Positions 11,136 to 20,859 of a DNA stretch of 64,000 nucleotides are shown here, piece by piece. This DNA comes from Candidatus Latescibacterota bacterium (GTDB taxonomy: Bacteria; Latescibacterota; UBA2968; UBA8231): NCBI GenBank assembly GCA_965208105.1, contig OZ242318.1, positions 4,416,001 to 4,480,000 of the forward strand, written 5' to 3'. The notes beneath the pieces are model-generated. The model was not told the origin of the DNA and ran no database searches. It saw only the letters and a list, made by a program, of their open reading frames with translations. Position 1 is the stretch's first letter, and each line of letters opens with the position of its first letter. Position numbers and translations under genes: made by a program.

Positions 11136-11951
11136 TCAGGTACCCAGCAGCGGCCGCAGCTCGATGGCGTGCTGGGCGAGCACCGCGTCGGCGTCGTGGC
11201 TGCTTCCCGGCTCGTGAATCACCTCGACCGAGCAGTAGCCGTCGAATCCCTCGGCGGCGAGCAGGCGCAGCGGGGTCCGGTAGTCGAAGGTCCCGGCGCC
11301 CAGAGCGGCGCTGACCTCAACCTGGCCGTCGACGATGCGGCCGTCGTGAACGTGGGCATGGAGGGTGTACTTGCCCAGCACCTGGAAGCTCTCCTCCACC
11401 TCCTCCATAACCCGCTGCGGGTGCATGAAGTCCCACAGAATCCGCAGGTGGGAACTTCCCGCCCGCTCCACCACTGCGCGCACCGGGGCCGAGGCGCACC
11501 ATTCGTCGTGGGTCTCCAGGAGCAGGGTCACACCGCGGCTTTCGGCGGCGGGCAGCACCTGGGCAAATCCCTCCACCACGTAGTCGACCACCGCCATCAA
11601 CTCGAGGCGCCGGTCCCGTTCCCCCCCGAAGACCCTCACCAGGCTGCAGCCCAGGTCGGCCGCGAGGTCGATGTATTTCTTGACCTCCTCAATTTGACCG
11701 GCGCGCTCGGCAGGGTCGGATGCGGCCATCCGCGCGCCGCTGGCGATACAGCAGACCTCCAGCCCTTCGGCCTCCATTCGAGACCGGATCCGCTCCCGCT
11801 CCCGGCCGCTGAGGGTGGCCTCGATGCCGCATGCGTGGCCCCATTCCACCCGCGGCTCGAGCCCCTGGTAGCCGTGGCGGTGCATTCCCTCCACTACCTG
11901 GTCCAGGGTCCAGTCTGGACATACGCTGCTCATGGCCGCCAGTCTGATCAT
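11136..11951 (-). CDS. Sugar phosphate isomerase/epimerase (xylose-isomerase-like TIM barrel)
   Basis: LLLETHD, LWDFMHP, HAHVHD, SVE metal motifs. Confidence 0.85.
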   Translation of the reverse strand: MIRLAAMSSVCPDWTLDQVVEGMHRHGYQGLEPRVEWGHACGIEATLSGRERERIRSRMEAEGLEVCCIASGARMAASDPAERAGQIEEVKKYIDLAADLGCSLVRVFGGERDRRLELMAVVDYVVEGFAQVLPAAESRGVTLLLETHDEWCASAPVRAVVERAGSSHLRILWDFMHPQRVMEEVEESFQVLGKYTLHAHVHDGRIVDGQVEVSAALGAGTFDYRTPLRLLAAEGFDGYCSVEVIHEPGSSHDADAVLAQHAIELRPLLGT

Positions 11952-12047
11952 GTTTCCGTCCTCTCCACGGTGCACCCGGCGAGGGAAGCGGCCGGGTCCG
12001 GCCGTTCCGGTCTGTGTCGGGAGAATTTCAGGTCCAGCCCTCCGCCT

Positions 12048-13520
12048 TCAGCTCATCCAGTCCTTGCGGTACTGGTCCGACCACTTGGTGGTGATTTTTT
12101 TCGACTTGGACCAGAAGTCGATGGCGCCGGGACCGGTTATGTCGCCTCCGAAGCTGCTCTGGTTCCAGCCCCCGAAGGCGAAAGGTTCCCGCGGCACCGG
12201 CACACCGATGTTGATTCCGATCATGCCGGAGCTGGCGCGTTCGCTGAAATGCTGGGCGACTGCGCCGGAGTTGGTGTAGATGGCCGCGGCGTTGCCGTAC
12301 GGATTGGCGTTCTCGATCTCCAGGGCCTCGTCCAGGTCCCTGCAGCGAATGACGGTAAGGGTCGGACCGAAGATCTCGTCGCAGGCGGCCTCGTGATCCG
12401 GGGCGGCGTGGTCAATGAGCGAGGGGCCGACATAATGGCCTTCGGGATGCGCCTCCGCGGAGATGGATCGGCGCCCGTCCACCGCCGCTTCGGCGCCGTC
12501 GGCCTCGGCCCGGTCGATATATCCTTCGATGCGCCGAAGCGCCTTGTCGCTGATCACCGCGCCAATGTCCCTGCCGGCCTCCATGCCGGCCATCTTCTCC
12601 CGCACCTTGTCGACGATGTGATCGGTGGCTCCCACGGCCAGAAGCACGCTCGCGGCCATGCAGCGCTGGCCGGCGCAGTCGGTGGAGGATGCGATGATGT
12701 TGGCGGCGGTGGTCTCCGGATCGGCGTCGGGCATCACCACCAGGTGGTTCTTGGCCCCGCCCATGGCGCGCACCCGCTTTCCGGCCGCGCAGCCGCGGTC
12801 ATATACCTTGCGGGCAACCGGGGTCGAGCCTACGAAGCCGAGGGCGGCGATGCCGGGATGGTCGCAGAGGGCTTCGACAATTTCGGCATCTCCATGGACT
12901 ACCGAAAATATGCCTGCCGGCAACCCGGCTTCGGCGAAGAGCCTGGCCACCTCCACGCCTCCCAGGGGCGTCTGCTCGGATGGCTTGAGGATGAAGGCGT
13001 TGCCCAGGCCGATGGCCATGGGGGCCATCCACAGCGGCACCATGGCGGGAAAGTTGAACGGGGTGATCCCGGCGACCACCCCCAGGGGATAGCGCAGGGT
13101 CTTGCACTCGATGCCGCGGCTTACCTCGAGCACGTTCCCGGCGGCGATCTGCGGCAGGCTGGTGGCGAACTCGATGCACTCGATGCCGCGCCCGACGCTG
13201 GCCGTAGCTTCTTCCTCGGTCTTGCCGTTCTCGAGGCTTATCAGCTCCGCCAGGCTCTCCGTTCGTTCCTCGAAGATGGCCTTTGCCCTGTACATAACCT
13301 GTACCCGCTCCTTGGTGGTCTGGGCTCCCCACTCCTCCTGGGCGGCGGCCGCACTCTCCACCACCGCGTCGAGCTCCGCCGCGGTGGTCACCGGGACCTC
13401 GGCGATGGCGCCGCCCGTGGCCGGGGCCCGCAGGGGCAGAATGCGCTCGGATATGCTCTCCACCTCCCGTCCGCCGACGATATTCGGCACTTTTGAGGCG
13501 GCAACTGTCTGGGTGCTCAT
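12048..13520 (-). CDS. mmsA: CoA-acylating (methyl)malonate-semialdehyde dehydrogenase (MmsA/IolA family)
   Basis: GITPFNFPAMVP, FVGSTPVA, MGGAKNH, AGQRCMA, EIFGP, GINIGVPVP. Confidence 0.9.
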   Translation of the reverse strand: MSTQTVAASKVPNIVGGREVESISERILPLRAPATGGAIAEVPVTTAAELDAVVESAAAAQEEWGAQTTKERVQVMYRAKAIFEERTESLAELISLENGKTEEEATASVGRGIECIEFATSLPQIAAGNVLEVSRGIECKTLRYPLGVVAGITPFNFPAMVPLWMAPMAIGLGNAFILKPSEQTPLGGVEVARLFAEAGLPAGIFSVVHGDAEIVEALCDHPGIAALGFVGSTPVARKVYDRGCAAGKRVRAMGGAKNHLVVMPDADPETTAANIIASSTDCAGQRCMAASVLLAVGATDHIVDKVREKMAGMEAGRDIGAVISDKALRRIEGYIDRAEADGAEAAVDGRRSISAEAHPEGHYVGPSLIDHAAPDHEAACDEIFGPTLTVIRCRDLDEALEIENANPYGNAAAIYTNSGAVAQHFSERASSGMIGINIGVPVPREPFAFGGWNQSSFGGDITGPGAIDFWSKSKKITTKWSDQYRKDWMS

Positions 13521-13548
13521 GGTGCAACTCCTCTCGTTTCGGTCTCGA

Positions 13549-14559
13549 TCAGGTGGGGCGAAGCTCCACCGGCCTGTTGGCGGCGCCGGAGCGGATGATC
13601 CCGTCGAGGACGCTCAGAACCTGCAGGTTGTTCCTGCCACTGGTTTCGGGTTCGGGACCGCCCCGCAGCCAGGCGGCGAAGCTGGAGGCCACCTGGCGGT
13701 CCAGGGGGGAGCGGTCGAGATTTTCGTCGATGGCCAGGGGCCGCAGGCCGGTCTGGCGATCCTCGCCATGGAACAGCTCCTCTTCGGGGCCGAATCCGCC
13801 CTGGCCGCGGTAGACCAGGGCAGCCCTGGCGCACTCCACCCGGAATTCGCACCAGTGGGTGCGCGCGTCCGAAGTGGATACCATGGCCATGCGGCAGCCG
13901 TTCTCGAATGTCAGCTCCGCGGTGACCGCCGCTTCGCGCCTCCACGTGGTCTCCGGAGGGCGGTAGGCGTGGCCATGGACCTCGACCACGGGCTGGTTCA
14001 TCATCGCAATCAGCGAGTCCACCTCGTGGACGGTCATCTGCCACAGTTGGGAATAGGGGGAGTCGGGGTACTCCGCGCCTCGCGCCTTGTAGGAGACCAT
14101 GTGTCCCGTCTGCGGGGTCCCGAAGGCGTTGGCGCCCAGCAGGCGGCGCACCGTGCGCTGTCCCGGCAGGTAGCGCCACTGCTGTGTGACCGCGATCTTG
14201 AGGCCGCGGGACTCGGCGGTGTCGAGCAGCCGCCGCGCCGATTCCAGCTCTACCGCGAAGGGCTTCTCGACCAGGACGTGCTTGCCCGCCAGCAGGGCCT
14301 TCTCGATCAGCTCTTCGTGGGTCCGGGCCCAAGTGGCGATCATCACACCGTCGCAGTCGGATTCCGCCAGCGCCTCGTCGAAGGAACGGTATCCCATTCC
14401 CGCAGGCAGGCTGAAATGCTCCAGCGCCTCGGCGAGCCGGCCGGGGTCCAGATCGACCAGCCCGGCCACCTCGAACTGAGCGGGGAGTTCAATGAAACTC
14501 CTCAGGTGGCTGCGGCCGCGGCCTGCCCCCGCCACGATCATGCGAATCGGTTCGGTCAT
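13549..14559 (-). CDS. Gfo/Idh/MocA family oxidoreductase
   Basis: GAGRGR Rossmann motif, GKHVLVEKP. Confidence 0.88.
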   Translation of the reverse strand: MTEPIRMIVAGAGRGRSHLRSFIELPAQFEVAGLVDLDPGRLAEALEHFSLPAGMGYRSFDEALAESDCDGVMIATWARTHEELIEKALLAGKHVLVEKPFAVELESARRLLDTAESRGLKIAVTQQWRYLPGQRTVRRLLGANAFGTPQTGHMVSYKARGAEYPDSPYSQLWQMTVHEVDSLIAMMNQPVVEVHGHAYRPPETTWRREAAVTAELTFENGCRMAMVSTSDARTHWCEFRVECARAALVYRGQGGFGPEEELFHGEDRQTGLRPLAIDENLDRSPLDRQVASSFAAWLRGGPEPETSGRNNLQVLSVLDGIIRSGAANRPVELRPT

Positions 14560-14587
14560 GGATATCTCCTTGGCAAAGTATTGCGGT

Positions 14588-16075
14588 TCAACCTTCTTCC
14601 CCCAACCTGTAGGAATAGAGGCTGGCGGCGTTGTCGGACTGGATGTGCAGGCGGATCCTGCGGCCGGCGAAGCGGGAAAGATCCCTGCCCTCCTCGCCCC
14701 AGGTAATCTCACAACTCACCTCGTCGCCGCATATCAGGCCGTTGCAGGCTTCGAAGGAAAATCCCGGCGCCTCCTCCATATCGTCGATCACCCGCACCAG
14801 CACCCTGGCAAAGGGGGCGGCGGCGTTGATGTAAAGCCTGGGAGCAGTGACCATGATGGGCTCGGTCATGACCTCTCCTCCACGGATGCCGCAGCGCAGG
14901 GCCACGAACCCGTCCTTGCGCAGGGTCGCCACACCGATGAAGCTCTCGAACATGCCCTGGGTCCCATGGGCCTGCGGTCGGCCCGAGTACCACATGTACA
15001 GGGTGTCGCCCCTGAGAACGGGAGGGTTGGCCGAGAAGGTCGCCCAGGCGCAGTCCCAGGAACCGGGAGACCCCACCGGAAGAAACTCCTCGCGCCTGCC
15101 GACCCGCTGCCAGTGGTCCAAGTCGCGGGCGGCCACCAGTTGGGTGGGTCCCAGCTCGGCCGCGGATTGGAGCACGCCCAGGAACCCCAGGTACTGGTTC
15201 CCGTAGACGAAGGGGGTCATCACGTAGAACTGGTCCATGGGGTGGTCGAAGTCGTCCGGCTTCAACACGGTCTTGAGCGCAGTCCAGTGGACGAAGTCGG
15301 GGCTGGTGGACATGGCGATGACGCGGCGGTACTTCTTCCACTCCACCACGAAGTGGTCCAGGATGGTGCCGTAGCGGCGCGAGGTGGCGATGTAGCGCCC
15401 CTGCATGGGATCGTGGACCAGGGTTCCTCCGTCGCCCCCCCGGGGAACGCAGATCTCCTCGCCCAGCTTCCAGTGGATGCCGTCGGCCGAGAAGAGGGAG
15501 TACATCCCGTGGTGGTCCTTTATTTTTTCCAGGAAAATCTTGCGCGCCTTGTTGCGTTCCTCGACGCTCATCCCGGTCTCGTCGAACCGGGGCGCGTCCT
15601 CGGTCATGCGCTGCTGGTAGATGCCCATCTTGTAGCGCCTGGAAGGGTCTTCCTCGTGAATGTCCTTGATGAAGCCCCAGGGGTCTCCGCCCAGATCCCC
15701 CATTTCCGCTGTGGGATAGACGATGTTGTTGGCTCGCGAGCCCTCGCAGGGAATGATGCCCAGCTCGGGTTTCTCCCACTCCACGCCGTCCCTGGAGGTG
15801 GCATAGCACATGAAATGACCGCTGCCGGTGCGAAGGTAGAGCTCCTCGTGAGCCGAGAGGTACCACATCTTGAACAAGCCCTCATCGTCGTCGAAGATCA
15901 CCGACCCCCACAACTGCACCGCCTTTCCCTCCCACGGTCTGTCGGGGCTCAGCACCGGCTCGGCCTGCAGGCGCCTGGGCTGCTGCACCTTGCGCACGAA
16001 TCCGGGATGGTCCTGGACCTCCGCGTCGTCGACGAAGAGATGCAGCCCAGGATCGTAGAGATTACCACCCTTCAT
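14588..16075 (-). CDS. Beta-propeller glycoside-hydrolase-like protein (GH32/43-like), no signal peptide
   Basis: PVLSPDRPWEG, FKMWY, YATSRDGVEWEKP, SADGIHW, SPDFVHW repeats, LRKDGFV. Confidence 0.7.
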   Translation of the reverse strand: MKGGNLYDPGLHLFVDDAEVQDHPGFVRKVQQPRRLQAEPVLSPDRPWEGKAVQLWGSVIFDDDEGLFKMWYLSAHEELYLRTGSGHFMCYATSRDGVEWEKPELGIIPCEGSRANNIVYPTAEMGDLGGDPWGFIKDIHEEDPSRRYKMGIYQQRMTEDAPRFDETGMSVEERNKARKIFLEKIKDHHGMYSLFSADGIHWKLGEEICVPRGGDGGTLVHDPMQGRYIATSRRYGTILDHFVVEWKKYRRVIAMSTSPDFVHWTALKTVLKPDDFDHPMDQFYVMTPFVYGNQYLGFLGVLQSAAELGPTQLVAARDLDHWQRVGRREEFLPVGSPGSWDCAWATFSANPPVLRGDTLYMWYSGRPQAHGTQGMFESFIGVATLRKDGFVALRCGIRGGEVMTEPIMVTAPRLYINAAAPFARVLVRVIDDMEEAPGFSFEACNGLICGDEVSCEITWGEEGRDLSRFAGRRIRLHIQSDNAASLYSYRLGEEG

Positions 16076-16220
16076 ATTTCATCCTTGCCTGGGTAAGGCC
16101 GACCGGGATGGCGAGACCGGGGGCGCGGCAGGCGCGGCGCCGGGGCCGTCTCCGCGGAGGTTCCGTCTCCATGTGGCAACCTTCCGCATGGATTTGGGAG
16201 AGGGTTGCTCCATCCCCGGA

Positions 16221-17255
16221 TCAGCTCCCACCCGGGTACTCCTCTCGCCAGTCCTCGCCCTTGTCAGGTGCATAGTCCGGCGTTTCCAGCCCGGAGCGGG
16301 GGTAGTGGTAGGCGCGGGTGTCGGCTTCATCCTTGTAGACGTACCAGGTGCAGGGCGCGGCGGGGTTCAGGACGTGATCCAGGGGCCGGAAGGGACGGCC
16401 GTTGCGCCGTCCCGGAAGCCACTCCTTGGCGATGCAACAATGGGTGCAGTACCAGTGGACCCCGGTCTTCTGCCAGGTCCACGAGTGCGCTTTTTTGTTG
16501 GTGCCCCGCTCGCCCGCCGCATGAGGTCCGCGCCCGGTCTCCGGGTCGCCGCGGCGCAGAACGCCGCCGCTGCCGCAGAGCTCCATAACCATCTTGTAGC
16601 GGTCCCCCTCGTCCACCAGGGTCATGTCGCCGCGCCTCCGGTCACCGCTGAAGTGGCCGCCGCGCATGCCTTCCACGGTGAGGGCCAGCTTCTCGTGGGG
16701 CGTCATCTTGTTCCAGCTCTCGTAGCGCTCCCCCCAGATTCCGCGATGGGTTTCCAGGATCGACTCGAGGACGGTTTCTTCTCCCCAGGTCGCGGCGAGG
16801 TAGGTGAGCAGATCCTGGATCCAGGCCACCAGCACGTCGTGGGGGAATTTGAACTGGAGGCGCATGTGGTCGAGCAGTTCGACGGCCTCGACCGACCTGC
16901 CCGGGCCGCCGCTGCCCTGCCCGGCGATGGCCTCCTTACAGCGGTCGCGCAGGTCCACTCCGAAATCGTAGGTCTCCCAGGTCTGCAACAGGCTGGGGGC
17001 GAGGTTTCCCGCCTCCGCCGGATCGACTCCCTTGTGGGCCAGGATATAGCGCATGATATCCCGCAGCCAGGTTACGAGAATGTCGTGCATGATGCGCATC
17101 TCCTGGTGAAAATAGTCCACCAGGGCACAGGCCTCCTCCGATCGGCCGCGGGCGATGGCCTCCTCCGCCAGGGTCTGAGTAGAGACTCCAAGGGTTTCCA
17201 GATCGTCCATCCGCAGCAATCGGCCCAGGACGGCATTGTGTTCGAGCCTGATCAT
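16221..17255 (-). CDS. Conserved hypothetical protein with internal helical duplication and Cys/His-rich C-terminus
   Basis: Start overlaps upstream stop (ATGA); CGSGG, YCTHCC, PC motifs. Confidence 0.8.
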   Translation of the reverse strand: MIRLEHNAVLGRLLRMDDLETLGVSTQTLAEEAIARGRSEEACALVDYFHQEMRIMHDILVTWLRDIMRYILAHKGVDPAEAGNLAPSLLQTWETYDFGVDLRDRCKEAIAGQGSGGPGRSVEAVELLDHMRLQFKFPHDVLVAWIQDLLTYLAATWGEETVLESILETHRGIWGERYESWNKMTPHEKLALTVEGMRGGHFSGDRRRGDMTLVDEGDRYKMVMELCGSGGVLRRGDPETGRGPHAAGERGTNKKAHSWTWQKTGVHWYCTHCCIAKEWLPGRRNGRPFRPLDHVLNPAAPCTWYVYKDEADTRAYHYPRSGLETPDYAPDKGEDWREEYPGGS

Positions 17256-18283
17256 TGGACCTCCTCCCGCACCTGCCGGGCCGCCTGCACCAGGACCTTC
17301 ATCTTCTCCAGCGCCAGCCAGCGCACGGTCTGGCTGAAGCCGCAGTCCGGCGCCACCCACAGCTTGTCCGCGGCGCAGTACTCCAGGGCGCTGCGGATTC
17401 GCCCCGCCACCACTTCCACCGGCTCCAGGTCGCGCCCCTTGACGTCTATGACGCCGGCGCAGAGGATCTTGTCACCGCCGTATTCCCGCCACAGTTCAAT
17501 CTCGTCCATGCCGCGGCTTGCGAACTCTATGTGGATTACGTCGGCTTCGAGGTCCTTGAAATGGGGGGCAAAGGCCGCAAAGCTGCGGTTCGAGGTGGCC
17601 GGCCGGCCGCGAAAATTGCCGAAGCATAGATGGAAGCCGATGGTGGCCTCGATCCCTTCGACGCAGGCGTTGAAGATTTCCACCATCTCCTGCGCTCCGC
17701 CGGGGACGATCCAGTAGGCGGGCTCGTCGAACTGCACGTGGCTGCAGCCGGCCGCAACCACGGCGCGCAGCTCCCTGTTGACGTAGGGCACCAGGGCCCA
17801 GGCTATCTCCCCTTTGTTGGCATAGATCTTTCCCGGGTCGATGCGGAAGGCCTGGGTGATCGGACTTTGCAGCGGGGCGATCAGCGGCAGTTCGGTGCGG
17901 CTGCGGGCGTACTTCCATTCCTCCACGATGCCATAGCCGCCGGGCACCTCCAGGGACTCCACGCAGCGGAAGGATTCCAGCCGGTCGGGGCCGGGATAGC
18001 CCCATTTGCGCGGGAATTCCAGCGGCTCGAGGCCGCGCACGAAGTGGTGGAAGTTCCAGGTGAAATCGGCGCGCTGCATCTCGCCGTCGGAAATGATGTC
18101 GAGGCCGGCCTCCTCCATGTCCATGATGGCGAGGTTGACGGCGTCCTTGAGCGCCTCGTCGATGTCGGCCGGCCCCATCTTGCCCTCCTCCACCGCCTCG
18201 CGCACCACCCACATCCAGCTCGGGATGCCGTGGCTGCCGATGGCCTGGGTGGGAATCAGGGGTAGATTCTCGTATGTCAGCAT
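17252..18283 (-). CDS. Short cobalamin-independent methionine synthase II-like (MetE C-terminal domain) Zn enzyme
   Basis: ISDGEMQR, QFDEP, HLCFGN (HxC), IEFA, GVID, PDCG; 343 aa. Confidence 0.88.
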   Translation of the reverse strand: MLTYENLPLIPTQAIGSHGIPSWMWVVREAVEEGKMGPADIDEALKDAVNLAIMDMEEAGLDIISDGEMQRADFTWNFHHFVRGLEPLEFPRKWGYPGPDRLESFRCVESLEVPGGYGIVEEWKYARSRTELPLIAPLQSPITQAFRIDPGKIYANKGEIAWALVPYVNRELRAVVAAGCSHVQFDEPAYWIVPGGAQEMVEIFNACVEGIEATIGFHLCFGNFRGRPATSNRSFAAFAPHFKDLEADVIHIEFASRGMDEIELWREYGGDKILCAGVIDVKGRDLEPVEVVAGRIRSALEYCAADKLWVAPDCGFSQTVRWLALEKMKVLVQAARQVREEVQ

Positions 18284-18305
18284 TCAGGTTCACTCCGGTA
18301 TTGGG

Positions 18306-19178
18306 CTAGTCCATCTCGTATCCGCCGTCCACGTTCAAGGTCTGGCCGGTGATGTAGTCGGCGTCGGACGAGCACAGGAAGGCGATGGCGGCGGCAATGT
18401 CGCCTGGACTGGAAGCGCGTTGCAGGGGAATCGTGCGGATAAAGGCGGCCATGGCCTCCCCGGGCCGGGCGCCGAAGAGGGCGCCGCGGTCCTGGTCGAT
18501 GGCCTCCCACATGGGCGTCGGCACGACCCCGGGAGCAACGGCGTTGACGTTTATGTTGTAGGGAGCCAGCGCCAGGGCCGCCGACTGGGTGACGCTGATG
18601 ATGGCAGCCTTGCTGGCGGCGTAGTGGGTCGACAGCGGCCGTCCCCGCCGGCCCGAAATGGAGGCCAGATTGACGATCTTTCCGTAGCTTTCGCTGCGCC
18701 GCGGCGCCTGTTCGGATTCGCCCGCCTCCATGCTGAAGACGTCGGCAGGCGACTGGGACTTCTTCAGATCGTCGGGGGCCTGGTCGATCATCCGCCGCGC
18801 CACCGCCTGCAGGCAGAAGAAGGTGCCGCGCAGGTTTACGTCGATCACCCGGTCCCAGTCCTCCTCGGTCAGGTCCAGCATCGGCTTGGTCTGCACCACC
18901 CCGGCGTTGTTGACCAGAATGTCCACCTTGCCGAAGTGGGAGACGACCTCATCCACCATCCCGCGCACCGACTCCGCATCCGATATGTCCACGGGACAGG
19001 CCAGGGCGCGCCGTCCCGATTCCTCTATCTCGGCGGCGGTGGCCGCTGCCGTCTCCTCATTGTATTCCGCGACTGCTATGTTGGCGCCTTCCCCGGCGAG
19101 ATACAGCGCTATGCCCTTGCCTATGCCCTGTCCCGCGCCGGTGACGATCGCCGTCTTACCCGCCAGTCTCTGTCCCAT
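18306..19178 (-). CDS. SDR family NAD(P)-dependent oxidoreductase
   Basis: TGAGQGIG, NNAG, HYAASK (YxxxK), ITGQTLNVDGG. Confidence 0.92.
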   Translation of the reverse strand: MGQRLAGKTAIVTGAGQGIGKGIALYLAGEGANIAVAEYNEETAAATAAEIEESGRRALACPVDISDAESVRGMVDEVVSHFGKVDILVNNAGVVQTKPMLDLTEEDWDRVIDVNLRGTFFCLQAVARRMIDQAPDDLKKSQSPADVFSMEAGESEQAPRRSESYGKIVNLASISGRRGRPLSTHYAASKAAIISVTQSAALALAPYNINVNAVAPGVVPTPMWEAIDQDRGALFGARPGEAMAAFIRTIPLQRASSPGDIAAAIAFLCSSDADYITGQTLNVDGGYEMD

Positions 19179-19203
19179 GGCTGCCGCTTCCCCACCCAAG
19201 ACA

Positions 19204-20859
19204 CTAGCGCCAGGCGTCTACCGAGACGCTTTTATGGTAGTTGGCGCCCATGATGCGCCAGTAGCCGTTGGTCTCTCCACCGACTACGACCAGATGGATT
19301 TTATCCTGGGGGAATACCGGAATCAACTCGTCGTCCGCCGCTGCGAGCATGGCAGCGTAGGGTTCGACCCCATTCAAGGCCCGAGGATGGAGATAGTTCT
19401 CAACGAGCTGGTAATCCCAGAACACGGCGGCGGGCATGGTGGCGTTGTCGTGCACCCAGCGAATCAGTTTCTCCTTGGTGTCGAATCCGCCCCGGTCCAC
19501 GAACTGGCGCGCCGTTATGGGGTCCAACACCAAGGTGGGCGACTCGAAGGGGTCCAGTCCCCGCAGCAGGTTGGTCACGTGCTCGCGCCAGAATTTTTGC
19601 CGCAATCCGAGGGAGAACGAGGTGGCGCGGCAGGATCCGAAAATGCTCGCCACGCTCTCGTCGGCGGCAAAGCCCTTCTCCACGTGGAATGGCTCCCATG
19701 GGCTTCTCTCCTCGTTTTCGGCATAGGTGAGGTTGTTGTAGGCGTAGTTGTTCCCCTGGGACCCCATATAGGTCTTTCCGGGCACCGACCCTCCCTGCAG
19801 GTTCTGCGACAGCAGGCCATAGGCGCGGCCGATGGTGGCGTTGGCGTGATTGTACGGACCCATGGCGCCGATTCCGCAATTCATCCCGATCTCGCGGCGG
19901 ATGGGGCCATTGACCACCACCATCGCCGCCGCCGAGCTGGTCGTGCTGCCGCGCGCGGTTACCCCGCTGGCGGCCAGGGCCAGGATCACCGGGAAGTACT
20001 CGGGCTCGGCCCCGGCCATCACCGCGTTGACCGCCACCTTCTCCACCGTGAAGCTCCAGGCTTCCCGCGTCGCCGTCGGTCTCAGTTCACCTACCGTCTC
20101 CTCCGGGCTGTGGCTGGTGGCCGCCAGCATCGCCTCTACCTTCTCCCGGGTGGGCAGGACGATGGGCAACCGATCAGTCCACTCTTTCTCCAAAAAGAGG
20201 CGGTGCAGGTTATCCTCGGTATCGGGCTCGACCCATCTCGGCGTCGAGCGTTCGAAGCCGCCGGGATTCTCGTCCTCCTCGCTCAGGGGCCGGGTGAGGA
20301 CCTCCACCACCTCCGCCATCACCGGCCGGCCGGTGACCGGGTCCCTGCCGTCGACGTAGGCTCTCAGCTCCTCGGGGGATTTGCCCATGACGGGCTGGGG
20401 CACGAAGACGAAGCGCTGGCGAGGCATGCCCCGGGCGTAGGCGACCTGGGTCACTACGTCCGCGAAGGACTCGGTCTGGATGGAAGCGGTGGGCACTCCG
20501 TACTCGTCTTCCAGGGTGATGCAATGCTCGGCGACCGCCGGCGCGCAGGTGCTTCAGTGGCCGACGCCGAGGATGGCCGCGTCTCCCCTGGCGCGGATCT
20601 CCTCGAAGAGCCCCGCGTCCCGTTCGGTGTAGACTCCGGACTTGCGCCGGGTCTCCGTCCTCACCCGGGGCATGTGCTCGGCGAACCAGTTCCCCATCTG
20701 CCTCATGAGGATGTCGCCGTCGTCGAAGCGGCAGTCCACGAGGTAGACGGTCCTGCCATCCAGGCCGGAGACCCTCGGGGCCATGCTCAGGGGCTCGATG
20801 GCGGGAGGGTGCCCCGTGGGGTTCATCACCGCAATTTTTCCGTTTCCTGTCTTTTCCAA
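19204..20859 (-). CDS. UGSC-family selenoprotein (thioredoxin-like UxxC domain fused to a large uncharacterised domain); TGA at 20554-20556 read as Sec
   Basis: ORFs 20554-20859 and 19204-20496 are in frame, joined by GVGH-TGA-STCAPAVAEHCITLEDEYGVP; SECIS-like hairpin downstream; GGAGGAG RBS before the TTG start. Confidence 0.82.
20525..20547 (-). promoter_or_regulatory. Putative bacterial SECIS element
   Basis: mRNA UGC..CGGC-GGUC-GCCG-A-GCA; G-led apical loop begins 17 nt after the UGA. Confidence 0.65.

Noticed and set aside
19204-20859. Interpretation as two separate genes or a nonsense pseudogene
   Set aside because: The UxxC context, the SECIS-like hairpin and uninterrupted coding sequence after the TGA fit Sec recoding better.
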